Below, in pieces: positions 7,645 to 16,339 of a stretch of 64,000 nt of DNA; position 1 is the stretch's first letter, and every line of letters begins with the position of its first letter. Under the pieces are notes generated by a model. That model searched no databases. It was not told the DNA's origin and saw only the letters and a list, made by a program, of their open reading frames with translations. The stretch covers positions 9,147 to 73,146 of the forward strand of contig CANLJX010000002.1 of the NCBI GenBank assembly GCA_947491545.1, in the 5' to 3' direction. Position numbers and translations under genes: made by a program. The DNA is from Deltaproteobacteria bacterium (GTDB lineage Bacteria; Bdellovibrionota_C; UBA2361; OMII01).

Positions 7645-9120
7645 CTAGAAATTAAAGTACAGAAACACCCGGCTCATCGACGCAACCGCAAAGAGAATGC
7701 CGATCCCCAGGAGGGGGATTGCGCCGACGACTCGCCGAACTGTCATCTCGCTCCGCGCCATCTCTATCGTGTTCGGCGCGGTGAGCACCATCGCCGATGC
7801 AGCTATCACTCCAAGAATTGGCAGGTTGATCGCCACGCCTGCTGGCAAGCTCGAAAGCAGCCCGTCCATGGCAAAACCTCCCCACGCAAGCTGCGCTGTA
7901 GGGATTGCCTGTGTCGGCAGTGACAGGGCGCTCTCAAGATCGAGCATCCCGGAAAACACTTTCTGCGCATCCCCCCACGACTTGGCACGAAAGAGCACCC
8001 ACCCCGCATTCACGAAGAGGAAGGTAGCTCCCCACGCCCAGGGCTTCGGCAACCGACACCCAACGCCAGACCAAACACGGTGCGTCACCATACCAACGCC
8101 GTGCAACGCTCCCCACGCCACAAAGAGCCAACTCGCTCCGTGCCACAGCCCACCGAGAGTAAATGTGACCAACACGTTGGCGGCGGCTTGCGCCACGCCG
8201 ACACGGTTTCCGCCCAGCGGGATGTAGACGTATTCTCTCAGAAAGCGGCTTAGTGTCATGTGCCATCGCCGCCAGAAGTCCTGAATGTCGAGCGCCTTGT
8301 AGGGCGAATTGAAGTTCATCGGCAGCCAGATGTTAAACAGCAACGCGCAGCCAATCGCCATGTCGCTGTAGCCGCTAAAGTCGAAGTAAAGCTGAAACGT
8401 GTAGGCAAGGCTCGTTCCCCACGCACTGAAGAAATCAAGCGACTGCGCTTGGTCGAATCCCCAGTTAGCCCAAAGCGCAAGCGTGTCAGCGATCACTACT
8501 TTCTTGAACAATCCAAGGCTAAAGGCGAACAGCCCTCGCATCACGTATGAGTACCGAACGGTCCAGCGCCACCGGGAGGTGAGCTGCCCCATAACATCAT
8601 CGTGATGAACTATCGGTCCTGCGATGAGGTGGGGGAAGAATGTCACGAAGAGGGCGTAGTTCAGGAGCCGGTACTCGTGCGTCTTCCCACGGTAGCTGTC
8701 GACCAGGTAGTCAATCTGCTGGAACGTGAAGAAGCTAATTCCCAACGGGAGCGCTACTCGCAGGAGCGCGAGGTCGGTGCCAAGCCGGGAGTTAACGTTG
8801 CTAATAAAAAAGTCCGCGTACTTAAAGTAGCCAAGAAGGAGGAGATTTGCCGTCACGCCAACCGCAAGCCGCGCCCGGCGAGATGCGCCCCAACGGCTTC
8901 CAGCCTCCGGCCCTAACTCCCTTCCGATTCCAAAGTTAAAGAGGATAGACCCAGCGATAAGCGGAAGGTAGCGCCAGTCCCAGTAGCCGTAGAAGAAAAG
9001 ATTCGCTGCAACGAGCCACACCTTCGCCGAGACAACACGGCGGAAGCGATTGAGCAGGAAGTACCCTGAAAAAACCGCCGGCAAGAAAAGAAGGATGAAC
9101 TGCCAGGATGAAAAAAGCAT
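7645..9120 (-). CDS. algI: MBOAT family O-acyltransferase (AlgI/DltB-like)
   Basis: 491-aa polytopic membrane protein. MLFSSWQFILLFLP N-terminus, WRRWHMTLSRFLREYVYIPLGGNR and GLWHGASW motifs characteristic of AlgI/DltB. Confidence 0.88.
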   Translation of the reverse strand: MLFSSWQFILLFLPAVFSGYFLLNRFRRVVSAKVWLVAANLFFYGYWDWRYLPLIAGSILFNFGIGRELGPEAGSRWGASRRARLAVGVTANLLLLGYFKYADFFISNVNSRLGTDLALLRVALPLGISFFTFQQIDYLVDSYRGKTHEYRLLNYALFVTFFPHLIAGPIVHHDDVMGQLTSRWRWTVRYSYVMRGLFAFSLGLFKKVVIADTLALWANWGFDQAQSLDFFSAWGTSLAYTFQLYFDFSGYSDMAIGCALLFNIWLPMNFNSPYKALDIQDFWRRWHMTLSRFLREYVYIPLGGNRVGVAQAAANVLVTFTLGGLWHGASWLFVAWGALHGVGMVTHRVWSGVGCRLPKPWAWGATFLFVNAGWVLFRAKSWGDAQKVFSGMLDLESALSLPTQAIPTAQLAWGGFAMDGLLSSLPAGVAINLPILGVIAASAMVLTAPNTIEMARSEMTVRRVVGAIPLLGIGILFAVASMSRVFLYFNF

Positions 9121-9364
9121 GCTCTCTTACCAGCGGACCGCCGGGAACAGCCGTTAGTGCATCGTCTCATGTGTTCAGTGGCTCGCAACCACCAGCCGCC
9201 GCACTGAAGCCATTCGTTTCCGGCGCATATTGCCCCTAAAACACTATAGGAACCGCTAGCGTCCGTCGCAACCAAGATTCAGCGGCGGGTGTCGAAATTT
9301 TGTGGACGGAGAACTAGCAGCCCATTCCCGGCTGATCGCCGCAAGAGCTTGTGCTCGCTTGGGG

Positions 9365-9567
9365 AACTCGTGTCAGTCATGACTTTCCGAGTTTTTTCAA
9401 CCGCAATACTTGCGAGCGTCTCTTTGGAATAATTCGATTCTGGCGACGAGCGGTGCATAACTCGACAGAATCGGTGCGCCCCATGCGAAAACAGGAAAGG
9501 GAGCTGCGCCGTGCAAACAACGCGACGCCGAGAAAGGAAGAAAGTCATGACTGACAGGAGCTTAGCC
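9365..9567 (+). mobile_element. Family E MITE-like element, copy E-2
   Basis: Same orientation as E-1, with 6 mismatches counted over ~200 bp. Confidence 0.75.
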
Positions 9568-9891
9568 AATGCCAAGTCACGAAGACGCTCTCCCTCGGAA
9601 TAACCCTTAAGACGCAGTCTTTGGCCAGACATATGAGTAGAAGGAATTCGTGCGTATCCGACCGTCCCTGAAACTCTGGGAGGCTCGGAGGCGCAGAAAG
9701 TGAGGAGAGGTTTCTACCGCTTTGGTGTTCACTCTATAGGAACTCAAGCGATAGCTCACCCTCGAAACAGTGACTACAGACATCCGGCGCTCCCTAAGCT
9801 CACAAGGCATCGCAGAGGCGGTCCCTTGTGAGTTTAGGTGAGATGGCACGCGCTGTCTCTAAGCTCGGTTTCGATTAGAAGGGAGTCTACT

Positions 9892-10002
9892 GTGTACGCA
9901 GCACTTAAGTTGACTGGAGAGTTGTTGGCTTTTATTGCTCAGGCAATCGCTATCTTATTCTCCGTAGGATTCATGGCACTCATTGCCTGGATCGTGACAT
10001 AG
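9892..10002 (+). CDS. Candidate 36-aa hydrophobic membrane peptide
   Basis: Not in ORF track (too short). GTG start 7 nt after AAGGGAG. Translation: VYAALKLTGELLAFIAQAIAILFSVGFMALIAWIVT*, one predicted TM helix. Lies in a low-GC gene-free stretch. Confidence 0.3.
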   Translation: MYAALKLTGELLAFIAQAIAILFSVGFMALIAWIVT

Positions 10003-10072
10003 AGCGGCAGGGCACAGATTTTGATGGTTACAACCCTCACTTTCTTGCCCTCCACCTCTCTAGGAGAGCGAT

Positions 10073-10392
10073 GCGAAAAAGGGGGCGGACATGCTCTGTA
10101 GAAAAGCTGTGCAGTCTCAATTCCAGTCGTAGCGGGGCATCTCATTCCTCGTCCTGATCTTAATCCTCCTCCTGCACCTGCACCGGCTCCTGCTCATAAT
10201 CAAGAAATGTCCGGGAATTGCCCAGTATATGCCCGCAATAAGGGGACGGACGAGAACGAGGAATCTGGTGCAGGTGCAGGAGAATGAGAAAGAGGAAGAC
10301 TGGGACAAGGAGGAGGAGGAGAACGGCCGGCTAGTAACTCCTTCGCGAGCCAGCGCTTTTTCTACAGAGCATCTCCGACCCCTTTTTCGTGC
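10073..10392 (-). repeat. Family A element, copy A-3 (most complete, ~320 bp)
   Basis: Outer IR: GCGAAAAAGGGGGCGGACATGCTCTGTAGAAAAGC / GCTTTTTCTACAGAGCATCTCCGACCCCTTTTTCG. Inner IR: CTCCTGCACCTGCACCGG / CTGGTGCAGGTGCAGGAG. Pyrimidine and purine tracts mirror each other. Confidence 0.9.
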
Positions 10393-10409
10393 AGTGAAAT
10401 GCTGAAGTC

Positions 10410-11441
10410 TTACCCCCAGCACGGCTCCTGCTGCGTCGAGCAGTGCAGCGTGCCGCCTCCGAGAATCCAGTCGGTGCAGTTTATCCCGACTACCTTGCGG
10501 CCTGGCATCAGCTCTGCCAGGAGGCCTAGCACGTGCCTATCACGTTCGTCGTTCCAGGTCGGGACGAGGCACAGCCCGTTGGCGAAGTAAAAATTAGCGT
10601 AGCCGGCCGGCCAGCGCACACCGTCGCAGAAGCGCGGGGTAGGGAACGGGATCTCGACCACTGTGAGCTTCTCGCCCTGTGGGGTGCGGAAGCTCTGCAG
10701 CACATCGACGTTCTGTTGCAGCCGCTCGTACTGCTCGCTGTCGCTCTTCTCAGCGCTCGCAACGACCACGGTGCGTGAGTCAACAAAGCGCGCCACGTTG
10801 TCGATGTGGCCGTGGGTGTCGTCGCCCGACACGCCGTTGGGAAGCCAGATCGTGCTGGAGCACCCGAACTGCGAGCGGAAGATCTCCTCGTAGTCGGCCT
10901 TCGAGAAGCCGGCGTTACGCTGTTGGTCTTCCGAGAGCAGGCACTCCTCGGTGACGAGTATCAGGCCGTCGCCGCTTACGTCGAGCATGCCGCCCTCGAG
11001 CACGGGCTGCTTGCCGCCCTTTAAGCCCTTCTGGAGGGGGACCTTGGTCGTGGCCGAGAAGAACTCTGGCACTGTGCGGTCTAGCTCGACCTCTGGCAGG
11101 GCGCCCCAGCCGGTAAAGAGGAACGAGAGCCATGTTGGGCTGTCACCAACAATCCCGATCGGCCCAGAGTCGCGCAGCCAGGCGCGGTTGTACTGCGCAC
11201 GGTGGAAGACGATGTCGCCGCGAATCTCCTGGCGTGAGAGCCGATCGCGCGCGTCGTGCTCGGTCTCCTCGTCGAGGCACAGCAGCTCAATGCGCTCGTT
11301 CTGGGAGACGTGTCGGATAAACTCACAGTACGCCCAGCGCACGGCGTCGACCTTGCCCGGGTAGTCTGACTCAAGGTAGGGCCACGCGATCCACGTTGCG
11401 CGGTGCTCTTCCCACTCTGCTGGCATTCGATTCATCTGCAT
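10410..11441 (-). CDS. aguA: Agmatine deiminase
   Basis: MPAEWEEH N-terminus, DDTHGHIDN, and C-terminal GGGTLHCSTQQ active-site Cys motif of agmatine deiminase / PAD_porph family. Confidence 0.85.
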   Translation of the reverse strand: MQMNRMPAEWEEHRATWIAWPYLESDYPGKVDAVRWAYCEFIRHVSQNERIELLCLDEETEHDARDRLSRQEIRGDIVFHRAQYNRAWLRDSGPIGIVGDSPTWLSFLFTGWGALPEVELDRTVPEFFSATTKVPLQKGLKGGKQPVLEGGMLDVSGDGLILVTEECLLSEDQQRNAGFSKADYEEIFRSQFGCSSTIWLPNGVSGDDTHGHIDNVARFVDSRTVVVASAEKSDSEQYERLQQNVDVLQSFRTPQGEKLTVVEIPFPTPRFCDGVRWPAGYANFYFANGLCLVPTWNDERDRHVLGLLAELMPGRKVVGINCTDWILGGGTLHCSTQQEPCWG

Positions 11442-11444
11442 ACG

Positions 11445-12506
11445 CTACTCCTGTGGTGCCTTTTCGCCGTCACGGGTCCAGGAGCGCTGCCCCTTGATGC
11501 CGAGACGGGTGGCGAACTTCTCCTGAATCAAAAAGTCAGATGGCAAGAGCTTCTGCTCTTCGAGCCAGAGGTAGATCTCTTCGGCTGCCATGCGGTGCGC
11601 GATCTCGTTTGGGTGGCGGTCAACTCCAGGGATCACTTGCAGCCGCTCAAGCGGAATCCCCTTGTAGGCATCGGAGACGTCGAGCACTGGCACTCCGAGC
11701 CCCTGCATGACCTTCGCCACCTTCTCGTGCAGCGGGTAGAACGGGTAGCGCTCGTCCATCGGGAGGCCGAAGAGCGGGAAAACGACTGCCACCACAGGCG
11801 TCTTCGACTCGCGCGCCAGCGAGACAATTGTCTTCATCGAGTCGGTGAACTGCTTCCACGAGCGTGGGTTGTTGAACAGGTCGTTAAAGTAGTCAATGTA
11901 CGCCTGGTGGGTGCGGGAGTTGTGGATCCGTGTCGCGACGAAGCCGTAGGTGCGCCAGTTGGCTGCGAGCCACGCCTTCTTGCCGGTCATGTTGAGCGCG
12001 CCGAAGCTGTCTTGCATGTTCTCGGTGATGCCGGAGGGGTTGTGGTGCTTGATCTCCGGGTCGTTCAAGGTGATCTGGAGCATGATCATGTCTGCTCCTT
12101 CCTTAATGGCAGTTTTTACGACTGGTATCTCGTGCGAGGTGGAGTAGGCAGGCACCCCGTAGTTGATCACCTCGGCGCGACGTTGGCTGCCGCTCACGTT
12201 TAGCATCTGCTCTAGTTTCTTGGGGAAGGCGTCGGTGAACTGCATGTAGGGGGCGAAGGTGAACGAGTCGCCGATAGTTGCGATGCGGAAGACGTTTGCG
12301 GGCTTCACTGCTTCGTGCGGAAAGTCCTGCATCGAGGGCACGAGTGGCGAACGGAAGTAGAAGCGCGGGCGGTCGCTCCAGCCGGGACCAGCCGCAGAGC
12401 GGACAGGCACCGTCAATCGCACGACAACCTCAAGCAGCACGAGCGCAACGGCTAGCCCAAAGGTGCCAGCGAGCAGGGGGCCGAAGCGGGACTTTTGCGC
12501 GCTCAT
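11445..12506 (-). CDS. SGNH/GDSL hydrolase-type esterase, membrane anchored
   Basis: N-terminal TM segment. Block I IATIGDSFTF, block III ITLNDP, block V GVDRHPN. 4-nt overlap with the upstream GT gene. Confidence 0.72.
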   Translation of the reverse strand: MSAQKSRFGPLLAGTFGLAVALVLLEVVVRLTVPVRSAAGPGWSDRPRFYFRSPLVPSMQDFPHEAVKPANVFRIATIGDSFTFAPYMQFTDAFPKKLEQMLNVSGSQRRAEVINYGVPAYSTSHEIPVVKTAIKEGADMIMLQITLNDPEIKHHNPSGITENMQDSFGALNMTGKKAWLAANWRTYGFVATRIHNSRTHQAYIDYFNDLFNNPRSWKQFTDSMKTIVSLARESKTPVVAVVFPLFGLPMDERYPFYPLHEKVAKVMQGLGVPVLDVSDAYKGIPLERLQVIPGVDRHPNEIAHRMAAEEIYLWLEEQKLLPSDFLIQEKFATRLGIKGQRSWTRDGEKAPQE

Positions 12507-13744
12507 TGTGGCGCCTCCGACTGGAGCAGAGCCTCTGCCCCTGGCTCGCGCTCCTGTCCGCCGAGGCGGGTGTAGAGGGCAAGGAGCTGCGTTTCAAAGG
12601 CCGGAACGGTGTAGAGAGTTTCAGCGCGCTCCCGCGCACGGGATCCGATCGCGGCGCGCAGCTCAGGGCTATCGAGCAGCGTTCGTATCCCGGCAGCAAA
12701 CTCGTTAGGGCCTGCCGCGGCTAGCACGGCGATCTCTCCGTCTAGGACCTGTGAGTGGGTGGGGAGGTCGGTTGCAACGAGCGCCGTGCCTGAGTGCAGG
12801 TACGAGTACACCTTCATCGGAGTGTTGTTCCCCTTGATGCGCGGCGAGACGAGGATCTCGGCGTGCTGCAGAAACGACTTTAAGTTCGCGACCGGCCGGG
12901 GTCCGAGGAACGCCACGCTCTCTCGGCAGCCCAGTGCTGACGCCTTGCGGGCGTAGGCTTCAATCGAGGCATCAGTGCCGCCGATGACGACGAGCTGCGG
13001 ATTCGTTGGGTGCTGGGCGATGAGGGCGAACGACTCTAGCAGGAGGTCGATCCCCTGGTAGCGCTCGAGATTTCCGACGTACAGAACAACTGGGCGCCCG
13101 TCCTGAACGGGGCTCCCGAAGATCTGCGAGGCGCTGACGCGTGGGCTATCTCCCTCCGGCAGGAGCGAAACGTCACGCAGCATGACGGTGTGCGGGGAGC
13201 CGTGGCGCTCAGCGATGAGCTGCAGGGCATCGCACACAGGGGCAACGGCAGAGCTTCCGCGCACGGCGACACCTTCCAGGAAGCTCAGGAGCGGCAAGAG
13301 CGGCCTGAAAATGCGCCACTTCTCAGTCAGCTGCATCGAGAGAGAGGAGTCCATGTCGTACAGGTACGGTGTGCCGAAGAGCTTCTTGGCGAGCCAGGCG
13401 ATGAACACAGCTTCTTCGACCGCGTGCACGACGGCGTACTGCTCCTTGCGCGCCCTCCACAGCAGCGAGAACGCCGAGAGGGTGAAAAACATGTCGCACA
13501 AGAGCTTCTTGAGCGAGATTCCAGGCCGAATGCCCCTCAGGAAGCTCGGTGTGCGAGTGCGCACGATGCGCACCCCGGGGATCGAAATGTCTGAGCCCTC
13601 GTCGTACGCGAGGAGATCTATCAGTGGGCGCTCGCCGGAGCGGGAGGCGAGCTTCGCCGAGAGCGTCTCAAGCACCAGCCGCACCGCAATCGGCGTGCCG
13701 CGCTCTTGGTAGAAGGGTTGGGGGGCGAGCACCAGAATCTTCAC
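12503..13744 (-). CDS. Glycosyltransferase family 4 (GT-B, group 1)
   Basis: MKILVLAPQPFYQERGTPIAV N-terminus and the C-terminal GT1 region (LYVGNLERYQGIDLL...SPRIKGNNTPMKVYSYLHSGTALVATD). Confidence 0.85.
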   Translation of the reverse strand: MKILVLAPQPFYQERGTPIAVRLVLETLSAKLASRSGERPLIDLLAYDEGSDISIPGVRIVRTRTPSFLRGIRPGISLKKLLCDMFFTLSAFSLLWRARKEQYAVVHAVEEAVFIAWLAKKLFGTPYLYDMDSSLSMQLTEKWRIFRPLLPLLSFLEGVAVRGSSAVAPVCDALQLIAERHGSPHTVMLRDVSLLPEGDSPRVSASQIFGSPVQDGRPVVLYVGNLERYQGIDLLLESFALIAQHPTNPQLVVIGGTDASIEAYARKASALGCRESVAFLGPRPVANLKSFLQHAEILVSPRIKGNNTPMKVYSYLHSGTALVATDLPTHSQVLDGEIAVLAAAGPNEFAAGIRTLLDSPELRAAIGSRARERAETLYTVPAFETQLLALYTRLGGQEREPGAEALLQSEAPQ

Positions 13745-13745
13745 G

Positions 13746-15293
13746 CTACGTCCTCCCGAAGAGCTTGCGTCGGATGAGGGCCTTAGTGTCGCGCAGGAAG
13801 AATCGCAGGGAGCGGCGCTGGCAGTTGAGCCAGAGCAGGATGTAGCCTCCGGTGGAGAGGGTGAACTTGAGCACCGCCGGGCGCAGCTTCGGCAGGTGGC
13901 AGAACATGTGGGTGAACATGTGGATCTCGGTCTTCACGAACTGCTTCCCAGTCTGGCGCGGGAAGCGGAATCCGTGATCGCCGTAAGCCGGAACGGGCTT
14001 TCCTTGGCGGCGCAGGGTCTCGGTCACACGGAAGGCGCGCCAGCGCTTCTCGGTCGCCATCATGCGGTTGCACGCGAGCGCCTCGCGCTCGGTAACAGGG
14101 TCAACGACGGCGTCGCCGTCGTCGGCGATGCGGCGAACGGCAGCCTGTCCGCGCGCGGTGCGAGCCAGGCCGAAGCTCCAGCCCTTGTAGAAGTCCACGC
14201 CCTCGTGAGGCGGAGCCATCCACGGGTCGCCGACCGCAACGTCCGCGAACTCAGCTAGCGCATCGAAGCAGGTCAGGCAGCGTGACGGTGTGTAGAGCCG
14301 GTAGACGATGTTGATGATCTCCATCGAGGAGGGGCGGTAGCCCTTCCTCTCGCCGAAGTACACTGGGTAGAGCGAGCCGTCGTTCATCTCAAGGTGCGGC
14401 GTTCCGGGGTGCTTGCCGACGCGCGAGATGTAGCGCTTGGCGTTCTTGGTCTTCTCCCCTAGGCTCTCCCAAATTATCCTGAGCGCGTCGTGCTCGACGG
14501 CGGCGTGGCAGAAGAGCCCAATCGTGAGCACGATGCGCTCGCGCAGCCGCTGGTCGAGCTCTGCAGCCTTGACGTAGCCGTGGATCTGGCAGGGGAGCCC
14601 GACGAGCGCGTACCGGCCTGGGACGTTTCGGATCTCGCTGAAGACCGAGTTGGTCGGGCAGATGGCATACTTTGACTTCATCGCGGCGAGGATCTCCTCG
14701 CGTGAGCGGGCAACGATCGCTTTTCCCTTCCAGAGCTGGTCAGGGTCTGAGGTTATTACCACTGCGCCGTCGATCTCGCCGCGCCGCATCATGTTGAGCA
14801 GGATCGCCGTCACGAGCCCGCCGCTCGTTGAGCGCTCGCGGATATCTGGATCTGTCGAGTAGGAGAGGAACGCGTCGATGAACGAGCCGTGAGTTGAGGT
14901 CAGGTCGGCTTCCTTCCCGAACTGCTTCTTGTACGCGTCGATTACGTTGAACTCATCGCCTGGGCACACTTTGACGCACAAGTCGCAGTCGGTGCAGGCC
15001 GAGAGGTTGTGCACTGCTGGGTAGTCGTCGTTGTCGAGGCCGAGCACGCCAGTCGGGCAGATGCCGACACACGAGCCGCAGCGGTGGCAGAGGCCGCCGT
15101 CGATGATCTTCCCGAGGCTTCGAAGCGCGCGCGGCGTTGTGTCGCTCTTGTCGTGCTCCCAGGTGAGAGGAGATGTTATCGGGCTTGAGCCGCGCAGGGT
15201 CGTGTACGGCGCCGGGGCTGGCTGGCCGACGATCGAGAGCGAGGCCGGCTTGCTTCGCCGCTCGGGAGCGGTTGCCTCGCTGCCGCTAGCCAT
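13746..15293 (-). CDS. FrhB/FdhB-like (coenzyme F420 hydrogenase beta-like) protein with 2x[4Fe-4S] ferredoxin domain
   Basis: CHRCGSCVGICP and CTDCDLCVKVCP cluster motifs followed by the FrhB_FdhB-type region. This family commonly sits in polysaccharide clusters. Confidence 0.72.
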   Translation of the reverse strand: MASGSEATAPERRSKPASLSIVGQPAPAPYTTLRGSSPITSPLTWEHDKSDTTPRALRSLGKIIDGGLCHRCGSCVGICPTGVLGLDNDDYPAVHNLSACTDCDLCVKVCPGDEFNVIDAYKKQFGKEADLTSTHGSFIDAFLSYSTDPDIRERSTSGGLVTAILLNMMRRGEIDGAVVITSDPDQLWKGKAIVARSREEILAAMKSKYAICPTNSVFSEIRNVPGRYALVGLPCQIHGYVKAAELDQRLRERIVLTIGLFCHAAVEHDALRIIWESLGEKTKNAKRYISRVGKHPGTPHLEMNDGSLYPVYFGERKGYRPSSMEIINIVYRLYTPSRCLTCFDALAEFADVAVGDPWMAPPHEGVDFYKGWSFGLARTARGQAAVRRIADDGDAVVDPVTEREALACNRMMATEKRWRAFRVTETLRRQGKPVPAYGDHGFRFPRQTGKQFVKTEIHMFTHMFCHLPKLRPAVLKFTLSTGGYILLWLNCQRRSLRFFLRDTKALIRRKLFGRT

Positions 15294-16059
15294 GCTGCTC
15301 CTCCCGCACGAACTTCGCCACTACTGGGGAGCCGAAGAGCCACGTTAATCCGACCGCGCGCGCTATACGCTCAAGGCGGCGCGAGAGCTCCGGGCGACCC
15401 AGAGCACGGTGCAGCCCCATCGGAAAGAAGAACTGCGCTGTTGAAGACTCAAGCCGGAAGCCGTGGCGCTTAAACTCGCGCCGCACCTGCCACGTGGTAA
15501 AGATGCGGAACGTTCGGGTGTTCCCCTCAATTCGGCGCTTTATTCCGAAGAGGAGCGGCGAGAGAAAGTTAGAGCTTAGCCAGACAGGGTAGTCCACGAT
15601 CACCGCATGGCTCGATGTGCGGCACATCTCGGCGATCAGCGTGCGCCACGCGGTACAGTGGCTCATCAGCCGAAAGCTCACCACGAGGTTAAACGATCTC
15701 TCTGGGAAGGGAAGCTCAACCAGGTTGCCGGCGCGAAACGAGATGGCACCAGACTCAATGAAGTCCCTCAGCCGCTCTGCGCAGATGTGCGCGCTGCCGA
15801 GCACGGTGACGTCACGGTCTGCGCGCGCGAGCGGAATAGCGATCTGGCCGTGCCCGCCGCCCACGTCGAGCACTGAGGTGCAGTCGTGGTCTAGCGCAGC
15901 GATGACGGCGCGCTCCTGCACTGCCAGCATCCAGGCGCCAACCGGCCCGCCGAAGCGTGCCGCGTACTCCTCAGACGAGGAGTGGATGTCAGCCGTCTCG
16001 TCCCCGTAGCGGACGATCTCTTGGCTGCTGTGTGGAGCGTCGATCACTGCGTTCGACAT
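15286..16059 (-). CDS. Class I SAM-dependent methyltransferase
   Basis: Motif I VLDVGGGHGQIAIPLA. First gene of the minus-strand operon. 8-nt overlap with the next gene. Confidence 0.8.
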   Translation of the reverse strand: MSNAVIDAPHSSQEIVRYGDETADIHSSSEEYAARFGGPVGAWMLAVQERAVIAALDHDCTSVLDVGGGHGQIAIPLARADRDVTVLGSAHICAERLRDFIESGAISFRAGNLVELPFPERSFNLVVSFRLMSHCTAWRTLIAEMCRTSSHAVIVDYPVWLSSNFLSPLLFGIKRRIEGNTRTFRIFTTWQVRREFKRHGFRLESSTAQFFFPMGLHRALGRPELSRRLERIARAVGLTWLFGSPVVAKFVREEQHG

Positions 16060-16339
16060 GCGAGTCCTGGCGAAGGAGCGGGGGCAGCGCGCAGAGAACC
16101 CCCGCTCTAGGCGCCAGCCAACCGTATCAAGGGGGCGGAGTATATAGGGTAAGTGCCTAAAAAATCAAGGAATCCTCCCCCTCTAGAGGGCTCGGTTAGC
16201 CTCCGCCGTGAGGCCCTAAGGTGCTGAAAATTGGCAGGTTATGGCGACCAGGAGTGGAGGGGGTGCACCCAGCCTCAAGAAAAACCGCAACTCCGCCGAC
16301 TAGTCTTGTAAGGGCAGCTACTTTAGCGAGGGAAGAGCT

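Noticed and set aside
9238-9260. AACACTATAGGAAC motif (also at about 9730 as CACTCTATAGGAAC, and inverted at 57112-57122), which resembles the CACTATAGG core of T7/SP6-type phage promoters
   Set aside because: Only a 9-10-nt match is present, without the upstream TAATACGACT-type recognition region. No phage RNA polymerase is in the window, so it is probably chance.
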